Shown: positions 1 through 8,227 of the stretch, one piece after another
Layout: the number at the start of each line of letters is the position of its first letter
Numbering within the stretch: the first letter of the stretch is position 1
NCBI GenBank assembly: GCA_035534315.1
Contig: DATLSD010000007.1
Location: 1-63,760 of the forward strand
Length of the DNA stretch: 63,760 nt
From: Elusimicrobiota bacterium
GTDB lineage: Bacteria; Elusimicrobiota; Elusimicrobia; UBA1565; UBA9628
Direction of reading: 5' to 3'
Notes under the pieces: model-generated
Database searches by the model: none
Seen by the model: the letters and a program-made list of their open reading frames with translations, nothing else
Told to the model about the DNA's origin: nothing
Translations under genes and position numbers: made by a program

Positions 1-676
1 AGAACGCCGACGCGTTGACGGAGCTTTGGCTCACGATGTAGCCGTTGGCGCCGGTCAGCGTCAGGCTCGAGCCGGAAATCGTCTGCGACGCCGTAAAAGT
101 ATTGCTTTGGTTCTGGTACGCCAGCGTCGGCGGCAAACTTACGGCGCTGCTAGTCGACACGGCCACGAACCCGGACCCATCATAGTATTCGAGGGCGCCC
201 GTGGCGGTGTCGTACCACAAATCGCCGGCGTTGGGGCTGCCCGGCGCGCTGGCCGCGGAGTTGTACTCCTTGCCTTGCAGCGACGCGACGCTAAACGCAT
301 AAGGAACAGCCGCCAAAGGCTGCAGCGGGCTCAACACCTGCCCATCCACAACGATCTCAAGATAGGTCTGGCCCGAAGAGAAAACGGAGGGCATCAAGGC
401 GGTCGAAGCGCCCAACTGCACCGCCAGAACGCCGTTATTGACGGTGATATTGTTCTGCGTCTCGTGCCACAGCGGGCTTCCCGTGTCGCAGGGCGAATTC
501 GTGGAGCAGATGTAGAAGGCAAAGTTATGAGTTCCTGAGTACGGATTATTGTTAGTATCGGTCAGGCGGCCCTGGAAGCTAATGGTCGTGGGAAGGCTCT
601 GCCCGAAGACGATGCGTGGAGAAGCGCAAAGCGCCAGCACGCTCAGCGCCGCGAAGAACCGGCCGAAGGTCTTCAT
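1..676 (-). CDS. secreted protein with phage-tail-fibre-like repeats (N-terminal 225 codons only; the gene runs off the left edge)
   Basis: Absent from the ORF track because its stop lies outside the window. I checked every codon from ATG (676-674) down to base 2 and found no stop. Translation: MKTFGRFFAALSVLALCASPRIVFGQSLPTTISFQGRLTDTNNNPYSGTHNFAFYI...GDLWYDTATGALEYYDGSGFVAV. It has a Sec-type signal peptide. The ATG overlaps the TGA of the upstream kinase (ATGA). Confidence 0.75.
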   Translation of the reverse strand, partial: MKTFGRFFAALSVLALCASPRIVFGQSLPTTISFQGRLTDTNNNPYSGTHNFAFYICSTNSPCDTGSPLWHETQNNITVNNGVLAVQLGASTALMPSVFSSGQTYLEIVVDGQVLSPLQPLAAVPYAFSVASLQGKEYNSAASAPGSPNAGDLWYDTATGALEYYDGSGFVAVSTSSAVSLPPTLAYQNQSNTFTASQTISGSSLTLTGANGYIVSQSSVNASAF

Positions 677-2097
677 ATGACCGCCTCCCGCGCCGGAACA
701 GGCGCCGGAGCCGGCGCCTGCGCCCGCGCTTTAGGCAGCGTCACGACGAACCGCGATCCTTTTCCGGGCCAGCTCTCGACCCGGATGCCACCGCCCATCA
801 TGACGACGGCGTCGCGCACGATGGAAAGACCTAATCCCGTGCCGGGAATGCCTTCGCCGCTTTTGCCGCGGCGGAATTTCTCGAAAATATGCGGCATATC
901 CTCTTTGGCGATGCCGCGCCCGTTGTCGGCCACCCAGAGCACGACGTCATCTCCGTGCGCCTGCGCTCCGAAGCGCACGGTTCCGCCGTTGGGAGTGTAT
1001 TTCAAAGCGTTGGAAACCAAATTAGTGAGCGCCTGCCGCAGAAGCTCTCTTTCCGCCAGGACGCACGGCGCCGGCTCGGCGGTCACATCCTGGACGGATA
1101 TCTTTTTGATGGCGGCCATGGGAGCGAAAAGCGCCTTTATTTCCCGCGACATCTCAGCGAAATTAACGGCCTGACGGCGAATCTCCCGCTGGCCGTTTTT
1201 CTGCGTTTTAAAGAACGTCAAGGTATTGCCCAGGAGTTCCTGCATCCGCGCCACCGCGGCCAAGAGCGTCATCACCGAACGGCGGCCTTCCTCACCGCTG
1301 GGAAACTTGCCGTCCTCCATGAGCTCCAAGTACGCCTTCAAGCCTCCCAGGGGCGTGTTCATATCATGAGTGAGGGATTGTAGTATGTAATCGCGCCAAC
1401 CGACAAAATCCTTGAGATGACCCGTCATCTCGTTGAAACGTTCCGCCAGCGCCCGGGTCTCCCGCGAGCCGGCGACAGGCACGGCGACGTCAAGACGCCC
1501 GGCTCCGACGGACTGCGCCCCACTGGCCAGCGCGCCCAGCGGCCTGGTCAGGACCGTGGATAAATAGATAGCAGCGATCACGCCAAAAATCAAGAGCAAA
1601 CCGGAGATTTCCAGTGTCCGGCGGATCATGGCGTCCAACGGCTTATCGATTTCTTCCTGAAGAGCGCGGGTCTTGAAGCCCAAGCGAATGCTCACGGGAG
1701 CCGCGGACGCCGGAGCAGCCGCCCTGGCCACCGACTCGCCAGTTGAAACGGGAAACGCGCTGGAGGTCAGTTCCCGGCTGACGAACGTCAGATCCGGAGC
1801 TTCCGGCCCGGACTTATGCGAAAATCCGTTGCTGGTGAATTCCCAGAAAGCCAATTCAGGGTGCTCTTTTTGGAGAAACATCAAGTCGCTGGGCAGCATC
1901 AGAGGGTCCTTCTGGACCAAGGATTCCGCCGCGATGCGGTTGATGCCCTGAATGAGGGCCTCTATCCTATCCCGCGACTGCTGCTTCAGGATGACGCGCT
2001 CGCTCCGAATCACGGTAAACGCGATGGAAGCCACGCTCAAGGCCGTGAGCGCCACGGCCATCAAAGCCACCTGGGTCCTGATGCTCAAGGATTTCAT
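673..2097 (-). CDS. sensor histidine kinase (2 TM, extracytoplasmic loop, HAMP, HisKA, HATPase_c)
   Basis: 474-aa ORF. H-box SLTHDMNTPLGGLKAYLELM, N-box NLVSNALKYTPNGG, G1 DNGRGI, G2 GTGLGLSIV. Hydrophobic helices near aa 10-30 and 165-190. ATGA overlaps at both ends. Confidence 0.9.
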   Translation of the reverse strand: MKSLSIRTQVALMAVALTALSVASIAFTVIRSERVILKQQSRDRIEALIQGINRIAAESLVQKDPLMLPSDLMFLQKEHPELAFWEFTSNGFSHKSGPEAPDLTFVSRELTSSAFPVSTGESVARAAAPASAAPVSIRLGFKTRALQEEIDKPLDAMIRRTLEISGLLLIFGVIAAIYLSTVLTRPLGALASGAQSVGAGRLDVAVPVAGSRETRALAERFNEMTGHLKDFVGWRDYILQSLTHDMNTPLGGLKAYLELMEDGKFPSGEEGRRSVMTLLAAVARMQELLGNTLTFFKTQKNGQREIRRQAVNFAEMSREIKALFAPMAAIKKISVQDVTAEPAPCVLAERELLRQALTNLVSNALKYTPNGGTVRFGAQAHGDDVVLWVADNGRGIAKEDMPHIFEKFRRGKSGEGIPGTGLGLSIVRDAVVMMGGGIRVESWPGKGSRFVVTLPKARAQAPAPAPVPAREAVI

Positions 2098-4049
2098 TGG
2101 GCTTTTAACTCCTCCAGGACCCGCTCCAGGGCTTTGCGGGCTTCCTGATTGGTCGGATCGGCGTCCAAAATCTTGCGGAAGTCCTCGGCCGCCTGCTGGA
2201 AGTCGCGTCGGGTGTAGGCGTCGATGCCTTGGTCAAAGAGCGAGTCGATTTCATCCTTCGATAGAGACGGCTGCGGCGCGGCGTTCCCTTGCCAGACCGC
2301 GCCGTTGAGTCGGCGGATGGAATCGATGTAGTTGTTGATGACCGCCCGCATGGACGGGCTCTTCTCCAAGTCATACGCCTTGTTCCAGGCCCGCAGGGAG
2401 TCGTCAAAGCGGCGCAGGCCCAAGTAAGCGATGCCCGCGTCCTCCCAGGCTTCCAAGTTATTCGGCTGGGAGACCAGGACCTTGTTGGCCAAATCCAGCG
2501 CCAAGCGGTATTGCCGGCTCCGGATGGCCGTGTCGGCCCGGGTCAGCGCCGCGGCCATATCCTGCGACTCGGCCGGCGCCGCATGAACGACCTCGGTGAT
2601 GCCGGTCAAGCGCTGGAGTTCCTCGAAGAACACCCGCAGCCCTTGATCGTCGGGCCGGATGGCCAGCGCGCGGGACACGTCCTCGATGGCGGTGCGGTCG
2701 TCGCCGCCCACGTAGGCCAGCACTCCCTGATGGAGCTCAGCCTGCTCGGGGTCGGCCTTGTAATCGGGAAGAACGGGATAGAGTTGGGCCACAAAATGCA
2801 GCCGCCCGAACTCGCGCAGCAGATTCGGATCCGACGGCGCGATGGCCATGGCTTGGCTGAGCGTGTCGACGGCCTTCTTATACTCGGCCGAAGCCTCCGC
2901 TTGGCGGGCCTGCGCGAGCAGATCGTTAAGTCGGGCTTGGTCTTCCGCGCTCAAGCCCGAAGTCGACGACGCGGTCAGGATGGCGCTCTTGCCTTGGCGC
3001 AGGCGCTCCATCGCTTCCAAGACCATCTCGACCGACTCCTCTTCCTCTGAGGGCTTGCCGAACCGGAAAGTCATCGCGATGCGCTGATCGCCGGCCGTGC
3101 CCGAGACGCTGTTGATGGGCATGTCGAACGCGTAGTCTACTTCGAATCGCGTCGTGCGGTAGGAGATGCCGGCCGCGAACTGGGTGAAGCTCGGGCTGCC
3201 CAAGCTCAGGGCGCCGCGAATGCCGAAATCGCCGAAGAATTGGACCGGGAACCAGCGCTCGGCCGCCAACGTGCCGATTGATTCCCGCGTGAAATAAGGC
3301 GACGCCTCGTTGTCGTATTCCACGACGACGTTGGAGATAAGGCTGCGGTAGTCCACGCCCATCTTCCACGCCATGGGCAAGGTTTCCGGGTTTCTCGGGT
3401 CGTAGGCGACGTTGGGCTGATTGATGTTGGTCGCCTCCACGCCGAAGGAGTAGTGCCGCGCGAAATTATAAAGAGCGCCCAAATCGCCCGAAAAAGCGCT
3501 TTGCACGTTGGTGCCGTTCAATACCGAGTTCTGCGAAGTGAGGGTCCCGCCGCTATCAAGAAGGTTCGCACCGAAGCTGCCGAAAGAGCTGCGCAGATAC
3601 TTGAGGCTGCCGCCCAAATAAAGATCTCCCCCGAAGGGATAATAAGGAAGCTGGCGCCCGTAGGACAAATAAAAACTGTCTTCGCGGTAGAGCGAATTAT
3701 TCAGAGAGAACGAATTCCAAGCCAAACCCAGAGTTCCCTCGCTGGCTTTTTTCCACGCCAACGGCTGGGCGTAGCCCAGAAATGAGGTGCCCAAGTTGGA
3801 GCCGTCGGTCAGGCCCACGTCCAAAAGAGAATAAGACGCGCCCAAACTCGGCCGGCTCAGCGTGGCCAATCCCGCCGGGTTGTAGTAAATGTCATAGACG
3901 TCGTCAGCCACGGCCACAAAAGCTCCTCCCATGCCCGGCGCGCGCGCGCCCGCGCCCAGATCCTCGAACGCAGCCATGGCCGCGGCCGGGCCCACGGCCG
4001 CCAAGCCTAATGCCAAGAGCGCGCTTCGCAGGCCTCGCATGGTTTTCAT
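2094..4049 (-). CDS. outer-membrane beta-barrel (PorV/PorQ/FadL-like N-terminal half) fused to a C-terminal TPR domain
   Basis: 651 aa with a signal peptide (MKTMRGLRSALLALGLAAVGPAAAMA). The barrel signature AFEDLGAGARAPGMGGAFVAVADDVYDIYYNPAGLA is followed by alternating beta-strand-like sequence to about aa 330. After that come TPR-like helical repeats (AYLGLRRFDDSLRAWNKAYDL..., DFQQAAEDFRKILDADPTNQEARKALE). Confidence 0.75.
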   Translation of the reverse strand: MKTMRGLRSALLALGLAAVGPAAAMAAFEDLGAGARAPGMGGAFVAVADDVYDIYYNPAGLATLSRPSLGASYSLLDVGLTDGSNLGTSFLGYAQPLAWKKASEGTLGLAWNSFSLNNSLYREDSFYLSYGRQLPYYPFGGDLYLGGSLKYLRSSFGSFGANLLDSGGTLTSQNSVLNGTNVQSAFSGDLGALYNFARHYSFGVEATNINQPNVAYDPRNPETLPMAWKMGVDYRSLISNVVVEYDNEASPYFTRESIGTLAAERWFPVQFFGDFGIRGALSLGSPSFTQFAAGISYRTTRFEVDYAFDMPINSVSGTAGDQRIAMTFRFGKPSEEEESVEMVLEAMERLRQGKSAILTASSTSGLSAEDQARLNDLLAQARQAEASAEYKKAVDTLSQAMAIAPSDPNLLREFGRLHFVAQLYPVLPDYKADPEQAELHQGVLAYVGGDDRTAIEDVSRALAIRPDDQGLRVFFEELQRLTGITEVVHAAPAESQDMAAALTRADTAIRSRQYRLALDLANKVLVSQPNNLEAWEDAGIAYLGLRRFDDSLRAWNKAYDLEKSPSMRAVINNYIDSIRRLNGAVWQGNAAPQPSLSKDEIDSLFDQGIDAYTRRDFQQAAEDFRKILDADPTNQEARKALERVLEELKAQ

Positions 4050-6523
4050 TAGCGGATCACCACCACGGTGCCGGTCCAGGTCTCCCCGCCGACCTTAATC
4101 TCATAAATATAAACGCCGCGGGCCACGATTTCCCCGTTGGAGCCGCGGCCGTCCCAAGTCAGGCACACATTAAACGTGCCGGGGCCGCCTCCATTGGAGC
4201 AACCCGTCTCGCCCATATCCGCTACGTGGAAACCGCGCACGTCAAACACCTCGCCCGAATAGTTTAGGTCCTGCGGGTTCCCGAAATTAAATTCCACGTG
4301 ATCGTCGCAGCCGTGCTCGGAACTATTGGAACGCCAGGAGCAGCTCGCCACGGTCGGCGTGATGACCTTGGTGGACATATCGGAGCTGGGATCAAACGAC
4401 GCCTGCGCCGGCGCCACGTAGGACTGCAGGCGAAAATCCCCAAGCATGCCCACTTGGCCGGTCACCTCTTGATTGACGGTGTCCACGGTCCCGTCGGCGT
4501 TGACGTTCTGCTGCCCGTTGTACCAGAAAAGCCCGACCGGAGCATTAGACTCGGACAACGGCACGGCGCGGGAAATGCCATCGGCCACGATTTGCCCGTT
4601 CTGGACCTTATAGCCAAGAGCCAAATCGAACATGGCATTGGAAGGCAGCGTCAAGTTCGCGATTTTCTCATTGGACGGCGCCTCGTAGGGCTCAAAGGCC
4701 ACGGACTTGAATATATAAGGAGAGGCCACCACATCCTGAGGCTGATCCACCGCTCGGATTAAAAGCGGCTCTCCCGAAGAATTCCCGTTGGGCTGAACCA
4801 TGCCGGCCATGGTCGCGGGAATCTCGATGCGCGTGATGTTGTCGGAATCAAGGGCGTAGAGATTGCCCTGGGTATCCACGGCCATGGCCGCGTCCGTCGT
4901 CTCGCCGGGGAAAGAATCCTGCGAGACGACTTTGTAGTAGTACACCATTCCCGGGCCCGCCATCGCTTCCTTGTCGCTGACGGCATCGGCCGGCAAAGTC
5001 GAAACCAAGACCCACGTGGGCCGGATAAGCCCGGTCGAGCGGTAGACGTCGTAGCCGCTCATTTCCCATCCGTCCGGAGCCGAAGGATCAGGAAACGCCG
5101 TCCCGTCGGTCTTGGATTTCACCTGGGCCCAGGTGATGGTCATGGAGCTGGCGCTGGGATTGATGGTCGCGGCCAAGCCCGCCGGCGCCAGGGGCGGCAA
5201 ATCAAGCGCCGCCGAGGTCGTCACCCCGATGGAGTAAGCGTTCAACGTGTTCTCGCTGAAAATGCCGAAATATTCCGTCGTATCGAGCGTCAGGCCCGCT
5301 TGCACAAAAGACGGCGTCGAGAGCAGAACGCCGGAAACGACGCCCGTCTGCGTGGAAGCCACCACCGAACCGTCCGGAAGCTTCTGTCCGGGACTGTAGG
5401 CCGTTCCGTTAACCAAATCCGTCGCGCTGATGACCATGCTGCTTACGAGAACCACTGCCCCGTTCTGATTGGGCGGCGTCGGATTAAACCACGTCCAGGT
5501 CAAGGTGATGGTCCGCGCCAGCGGCGCCGAAGAAACCGACACCAGGGTCACAGGTTGGATGCTTTCCGGCAGCGTCACGGTTTCGATAACGGTCTCGAAA
5601 TTCGTCAACCCCTGCCAGTTAAGGCTGGCGAGGTTAAAGTAATAAGTCCCGCCCGGCAACAGGCCATTTACGGTCAGCTGCAAAGTGCCCCCATTGGACG
5701 TCATTGCGGAATTGACGACGGGCCCGCTGTATCCTTGAGCTGTCAGGCTGGCGGCGGTCACCTCGAACCCCGCGGCGGTTCCAGACGCGGCGGGGAAAGA
5801 CCAGGTGAAGGTCGCGCTGGTGTAGGACACGCCTGTCAGCACAGGAGAGACGGGCAGGTTAGCCAAAGTCGAATAGGACGCGGTGGATGAAGTTTCGGCG
5901 AAAAACTTGGTCTCATCCCCAAGGTAAACCCTGGCATAATAGGTCGTGTTGGGAGAGAGATTTTGCAGGGTGTAGGACTGCGTTGAACCCTGAACGGTTG
6001 TCGTCGGAAACTGCACGACGAAGGCGTAGCTGGTCGTCGCGGTCGGATCGAAAAGCGCCGCCTGGGCCGGATCCGAGGAATAGTCGATGCGGTAGTAGCC
6101 GCTCTCAAGAGTTGTGGGAGCCTCGCCATCGAAGCCCGGCGCGGTCCAATTGAGCGTCAGGGTGCCGGTCGAAGTGGAGAGAGCCGCCGTGGAAATCGCC
6201 GTCACGCTGCCGGGCTGGGCGAAAATATTTTCCAACCCTGGCTCGAACGAGTAATTGGCGGAGGAGGAGTAAGAATAGGTGGAAACGCCGAATTCTCCCA
6301 CGGAACTGTCGAGAGAGTAGGACCCGCCGGAAGAAACTCCTCCCGCGTTGGCCACGAGATTGCGCGGAATGTCCTCGCTCGAGCCGAGCATTTTCTGCCC
6401 GGCGCGCGCGGGCAGCGCCCCAAAAGCCGCGGCCAGAACCGCGAAAGCGAAAACGGAAAAAACGCCCTTCCCCGCCTCGAAAAGCAGGCCGGAAAAAGAT
6501 TTCCCGTTTCCGCGCTGGTTCAT
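4049..6523 (-). CDS. large exported surface protein with fibronectin-III-like repeats and a FlgD-Ig / T9SS-CTD-like C-terminal beta-sandwich
   Basis: 824 aa with an N-terminal hydrophobic signal/anchor (VFSVFAFAVLAAAFGALPARA). Repeated FN3-type blocks (LTLNWTAPG..., TFTWSFPAA..., ITLTWTW..., MTITWAQV...YDVYRS). The C-terminus is LTWDGRGSNGEIVARGVYIYEIKVGGETWTGTVVVIR. Its stop shares one base with the next start (TAATG). Confidence 0.8.
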   Translation of the reverse strand: MNQRGNGKSFSGLLFEAGKGVFSVFAFAVLAAAFGALPARAGQKMLGSSEDIPRNLVANAGGVSSGGSYSLDSSVGEFGVSTYSYSSSANYSFEPGLENIFAQPGSVTAISTAALSTSTGTLTLNWTAPGFDGEAPTTLESGYYRIDYSSDPAQAALFDPTATTSYAFVVQFPTTTVQGSTQSYTLQNLSPNTTYYARVYLGDETKFFAETSSTASYSTLANLPVSPVLTGVSYTSATFTWSFPAASGTAAGFEVTAASLTAQGYSGPVVNSAMTSNGGTLQLTVNGLLPGGTYYFNLASLNWQGLTNFETVIETVTLPESIQPVTLVSVSSAPLARTITLTWTWFNPTPPNQNGAVVLVSSMVISATDLVNGTAYSPGQKLPDGSVVASTQTGVVSGVLLSTPSFVQAGLTLDTTEYFGIFSENTLNAYSIGVTTSAALDLPPLAPAGLAATINPSASSMTITWAQVKSKTDGTAFPDPSAPDGWEMSGYDVYRSTGLIRPTWVLVSTLPADAVSDKEAMAGPGMVYYYKVVSQDSFPGETTDAAMAVDTQGNLYALDSDNITRIEIPATMAGMVQPNGNSSGEPLLIRAVDQPQDVVASPYIFKSVAFEPYEAPSNEKIANLTLPSNAMFDLALGYKVQNGQIVADGISRAVPLSESNAPVGLFWYNGQQNVNADGTVDTVNQEVTGQVGMLGDFRLQSYVAPAQASFDPSSDMSTKVITPTVASCSWRSNSSEHGCDDHVEFNFGNPQDLNYSGEVFDVRGFHVADMGETGCSNGGGPGTFNVCLTWDGRGSNGEIVARGVYIYEIKVGGETWTGTVVVIR

Positions 6524-6907
6524 TTAGCTGGGCCTCAAGGACACCTTGAGAATCGAGCGGATGCGGGCGACCAGGACCCGAGGGCTCACCGGCTTGAAGA
6601 GATAATCCTCGGCGCCGACGTCCAAGCCCCGCACCCGCTCGGTCACGTCCCGGGCGTGCCCGGTCAGGATGATGACGGGCACGCTTTTCGCGATCGGGTC
6701 CGCCTTCAATCCGCGGCACACGTCGAACCCGCTCATGTCCGGCAGGTTGACGTCTAGGAGAATCAAATCAGGACGGCACGTCTTGACCTCCCGAAGTCCG
6801 GAAGTTCCATCGGGACAAAGAAAAACCTCGAACCCGTCCGCTTTGAGCACGTCGCGGAACGTTTGCCTTAGAATCTCGTCGTCCTCAACCACCATGATCC
6901 GGTACAT
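6524..6907 (-). CDS. stand-alone response-regulator receiver (canonical OmpR-type REC, no output domain)
   Basis: 127 aa: MYRIMVVEDDE..., phospho-Asp context PDLILLDVNLPDMSG, VIILTG, DYLFKPV. Strong SD (GAGGAGG) 6 nt upstream of the ATG. Its stop directly abuts the next ATG. Confidence 0.92.
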   Translation of the reverse strand: MYRIMVVEDDEILRQTFRDVLKADGFEVFLCPDGTSGLREVKTCRPDLILLDVNLPDMSGFDVCRGLKADPIAKSVPVIILTGHARDVTERVRGLDVGAEDYLFKPVSPRVLVARIRSILKVSLRPS

Positions 6908-6934
6908 GCGGCCTCCTCGAAGCTGCGGCTTATT

Positions 6935-7114
6935 TGAACCTCTATATATATAGATGCTTTTGGTTGCACCACAATTTCATGGCAGAAACTAATTTGTAAC
7001 ATTTTGATTTTAAAATAATGATTATAAATAGTTGATATATTTAAATTTTTATTCTAATTAATAAATCATATAGTCCTTGAATATCCGATATTTTAACGGT
7101 ATGATTTTTACGTC
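6935..7114. promoter_or_regulatory. extremely AT-rich divergent control region between the REC operon (-) and the OmpR-like gene (+)
   Basis: Hand counts: line 7021-7080 has 8/60 G+C and line 6961-7020 has 17/60, versus about 41/60 in ordinary coding lines. Contains a TATATATATA run (about 6943-6954) and three (T/A)TGAT motifs at 7004, 7018 and 7032 (14-nt spacing). Confidence 0.6.
7100..7105 (+). promoter_or_regulatory. -10-like hexamer TATGAT, 9 nt upstream of ATG 7115 (candidate leaderless transcript)
   Basis: TATGAT-ttttacgtc-ATG; no Shine-Dalgarno between the box and the start. Confidence 0.35.
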
Positions 7115-7828
7115 ATGAGCCGACACCTGCTGTTGATCGGATTGACTTCGGAGGATCAGGAGCTTGGCCGCGCCGCGGCCACGGCGGCGGGCTATTCCGC
7201 GGCCGCGTGTCTCACCGGCGTTGAAGCCGCGAAAATCATGCTGGAAAAAGCCGCGGCCGATCACTCCGGAGTGGAGTTGGCGCTGCTGGAAAAAGATCTT
7301 CCCGACATGTCCGCGCCCGCCTGGATTTCCATGATCCGCAAGACCCGCTTCGCGGAAAACCTCCCGGTCGTGGTTTTGAGCCGGCAGAACTGCCCCGAGA
7401 GCCGCATCGTGGAGATGTTCGAGGCGGGCGCCGACGATTTCATCCAAACGCCGTGCGCGCCGCAGGAACTGGCCGCCCGCATCCGCGCGGTCGTGCGCCG
7501 AAGAGCCGCGCGCGGCGAGGAAAGCCCGGTCCTGGAGATCGGACCCATTCTCCTCGATCCGGGCGCCCGGCAATGCCGCGTGCGCGGGAAAATCGCTTCC
7601 CTGCGCCCCCGCGAGTTTGAACTGCTTGACCTGCTGATGAGGAAAGCGGGCCGCACGCTCAGCCGTCCCTATCTGCTGGAGACGATTTGGGGCATGGACA
7701 AAACCGCGAACACCCGCGCCATCGACGTCGGGGTGAGCCGCCTGCGCCAAGCCTTGGGCGCGCGTGCGGGCCGCTGGATTGAGACGGTCGAGCGCTACGG
7801 CTACCGCTTCAAGCTTCCCGAAAGCTGA
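7115..7828 (+). CDS. OmpR/PhoB-family DNA-binding protein with a degenerate (pseudo) receiver domain
   Basis: 237 aa. The winged-helix part is typical (LRPREFELLDLLMRKAGRTLSRPYLLETIWG...RAIDVGVSRLRQAL...VERYGYRF). In the receiver, the acidic pair is replaced by G-L, the phospho-Asp position is Glu (LALLEKDLPDMS) and the conserved Lys is Thr (DFIQTPCAP). Confidence 0.85.
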   Translation: MSRHLLLIGLTSEDQELGRAAATAAGYSAAACLTGVEAAKIMLEKAAADHSGVELALLEKDLPDMSAPAWISMIRKTRFAENLPVVVLSRQNCPESRIVEMFEAGADDFIQTPCAPQELAARIRAVVRRRAARGEESPVLEIGPILLDPGARQCRVRGKIASLRPREFELLDLLMRKAGRTLSRPYLLETIWGMDKTANTRAIDVGVSRLRQALGARAGRWIETVERYGYRFKLPES

Positions 7829-7831
7829 AGC

Positions 7832-8227
7832 CTAGTCGTCGGCTCCGCCGGAGGGCAACGGATGCCGGCCCGCGAAACCTTCCTCAATTGCGTGGTAGTA
7901 GCCGATTTTCTTTTCTCCCCCGCTCCAGCACAAATAAACTTCTTTGCGCCCTAAGCGGAAGGGAAAATCGACGAGCGGAGGGTTATAGCCCTTGGGAAGA
8001 GCTCCCGTATCCGCTACTTTTTGAAACAGAGCGTCAATCTGCGCGGCTAGAAAGCGGATTTGGGCCTTTTCGATTTCAAGATCAGCCGCCCGACCCTGGG
8101 ATTGCTCGAGACGTCCGGCCAATTCGGCCTTCGCCTCGGCGCGATCCGCCAGGGCCGCGATATCCGAGAAAATATTCTCCAATTCCGGAATCAAAGCTTC
8201 CGCTTGCTTAAGAGTAAAATATTTCAT
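7832..8227 (-). CDS. DUF2203-family protein (coiled-coil N-terminus plus conserved C-terminal domain)
   Basis: 131 aa: MKYFTLKQAEALIPELE...PPLVDFPFRLGRKEVYLCWSGGEKKIGYYHAIEEGFAGRHPL. ATGA overlap with the upstream gene. Confidence 0.7.
   Translation of the reverse strand: MKYFTLKQAEALIPELENIFSDIAALADRAEAKAELAGRLEQSQGRAADLEIEKAQIRFLAAQIDALFQKVADTGALPKGYNPPLVDFPFRLGRKEVYLCWSGGEKKIGYYHAIEEGFAGRHPLPSGGADD

Noticed and set aside
26-538. 170-aa plus-strand ORF at the left edge
   Set aside because: It is Arg/Gly/Ala-rich with no motifs. It lies antisense to a much better minus-strand gene (signal peptide, repeat structure, ATGA coupling to the kinase).
1-6523. A diversity-generating retroelement acting on the FN3 or tail-fibre-like genes
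   Set aside because: There is no reverse-transcriptase gene, and I could not spot a template/variable repeat pair by eye.
6955-7000. Possible sigma54 (-24/-12) promoters in the AT-rich region: minus-strand TGGTGC-N..-AAGCA and plus-strand TGGCAG..TTTGT
   Set aside because: The GG-to-GC spacing is off by one or more nucleotides from the strict sigma54 spacing. No enhancer-binding-protein gene is nearby.
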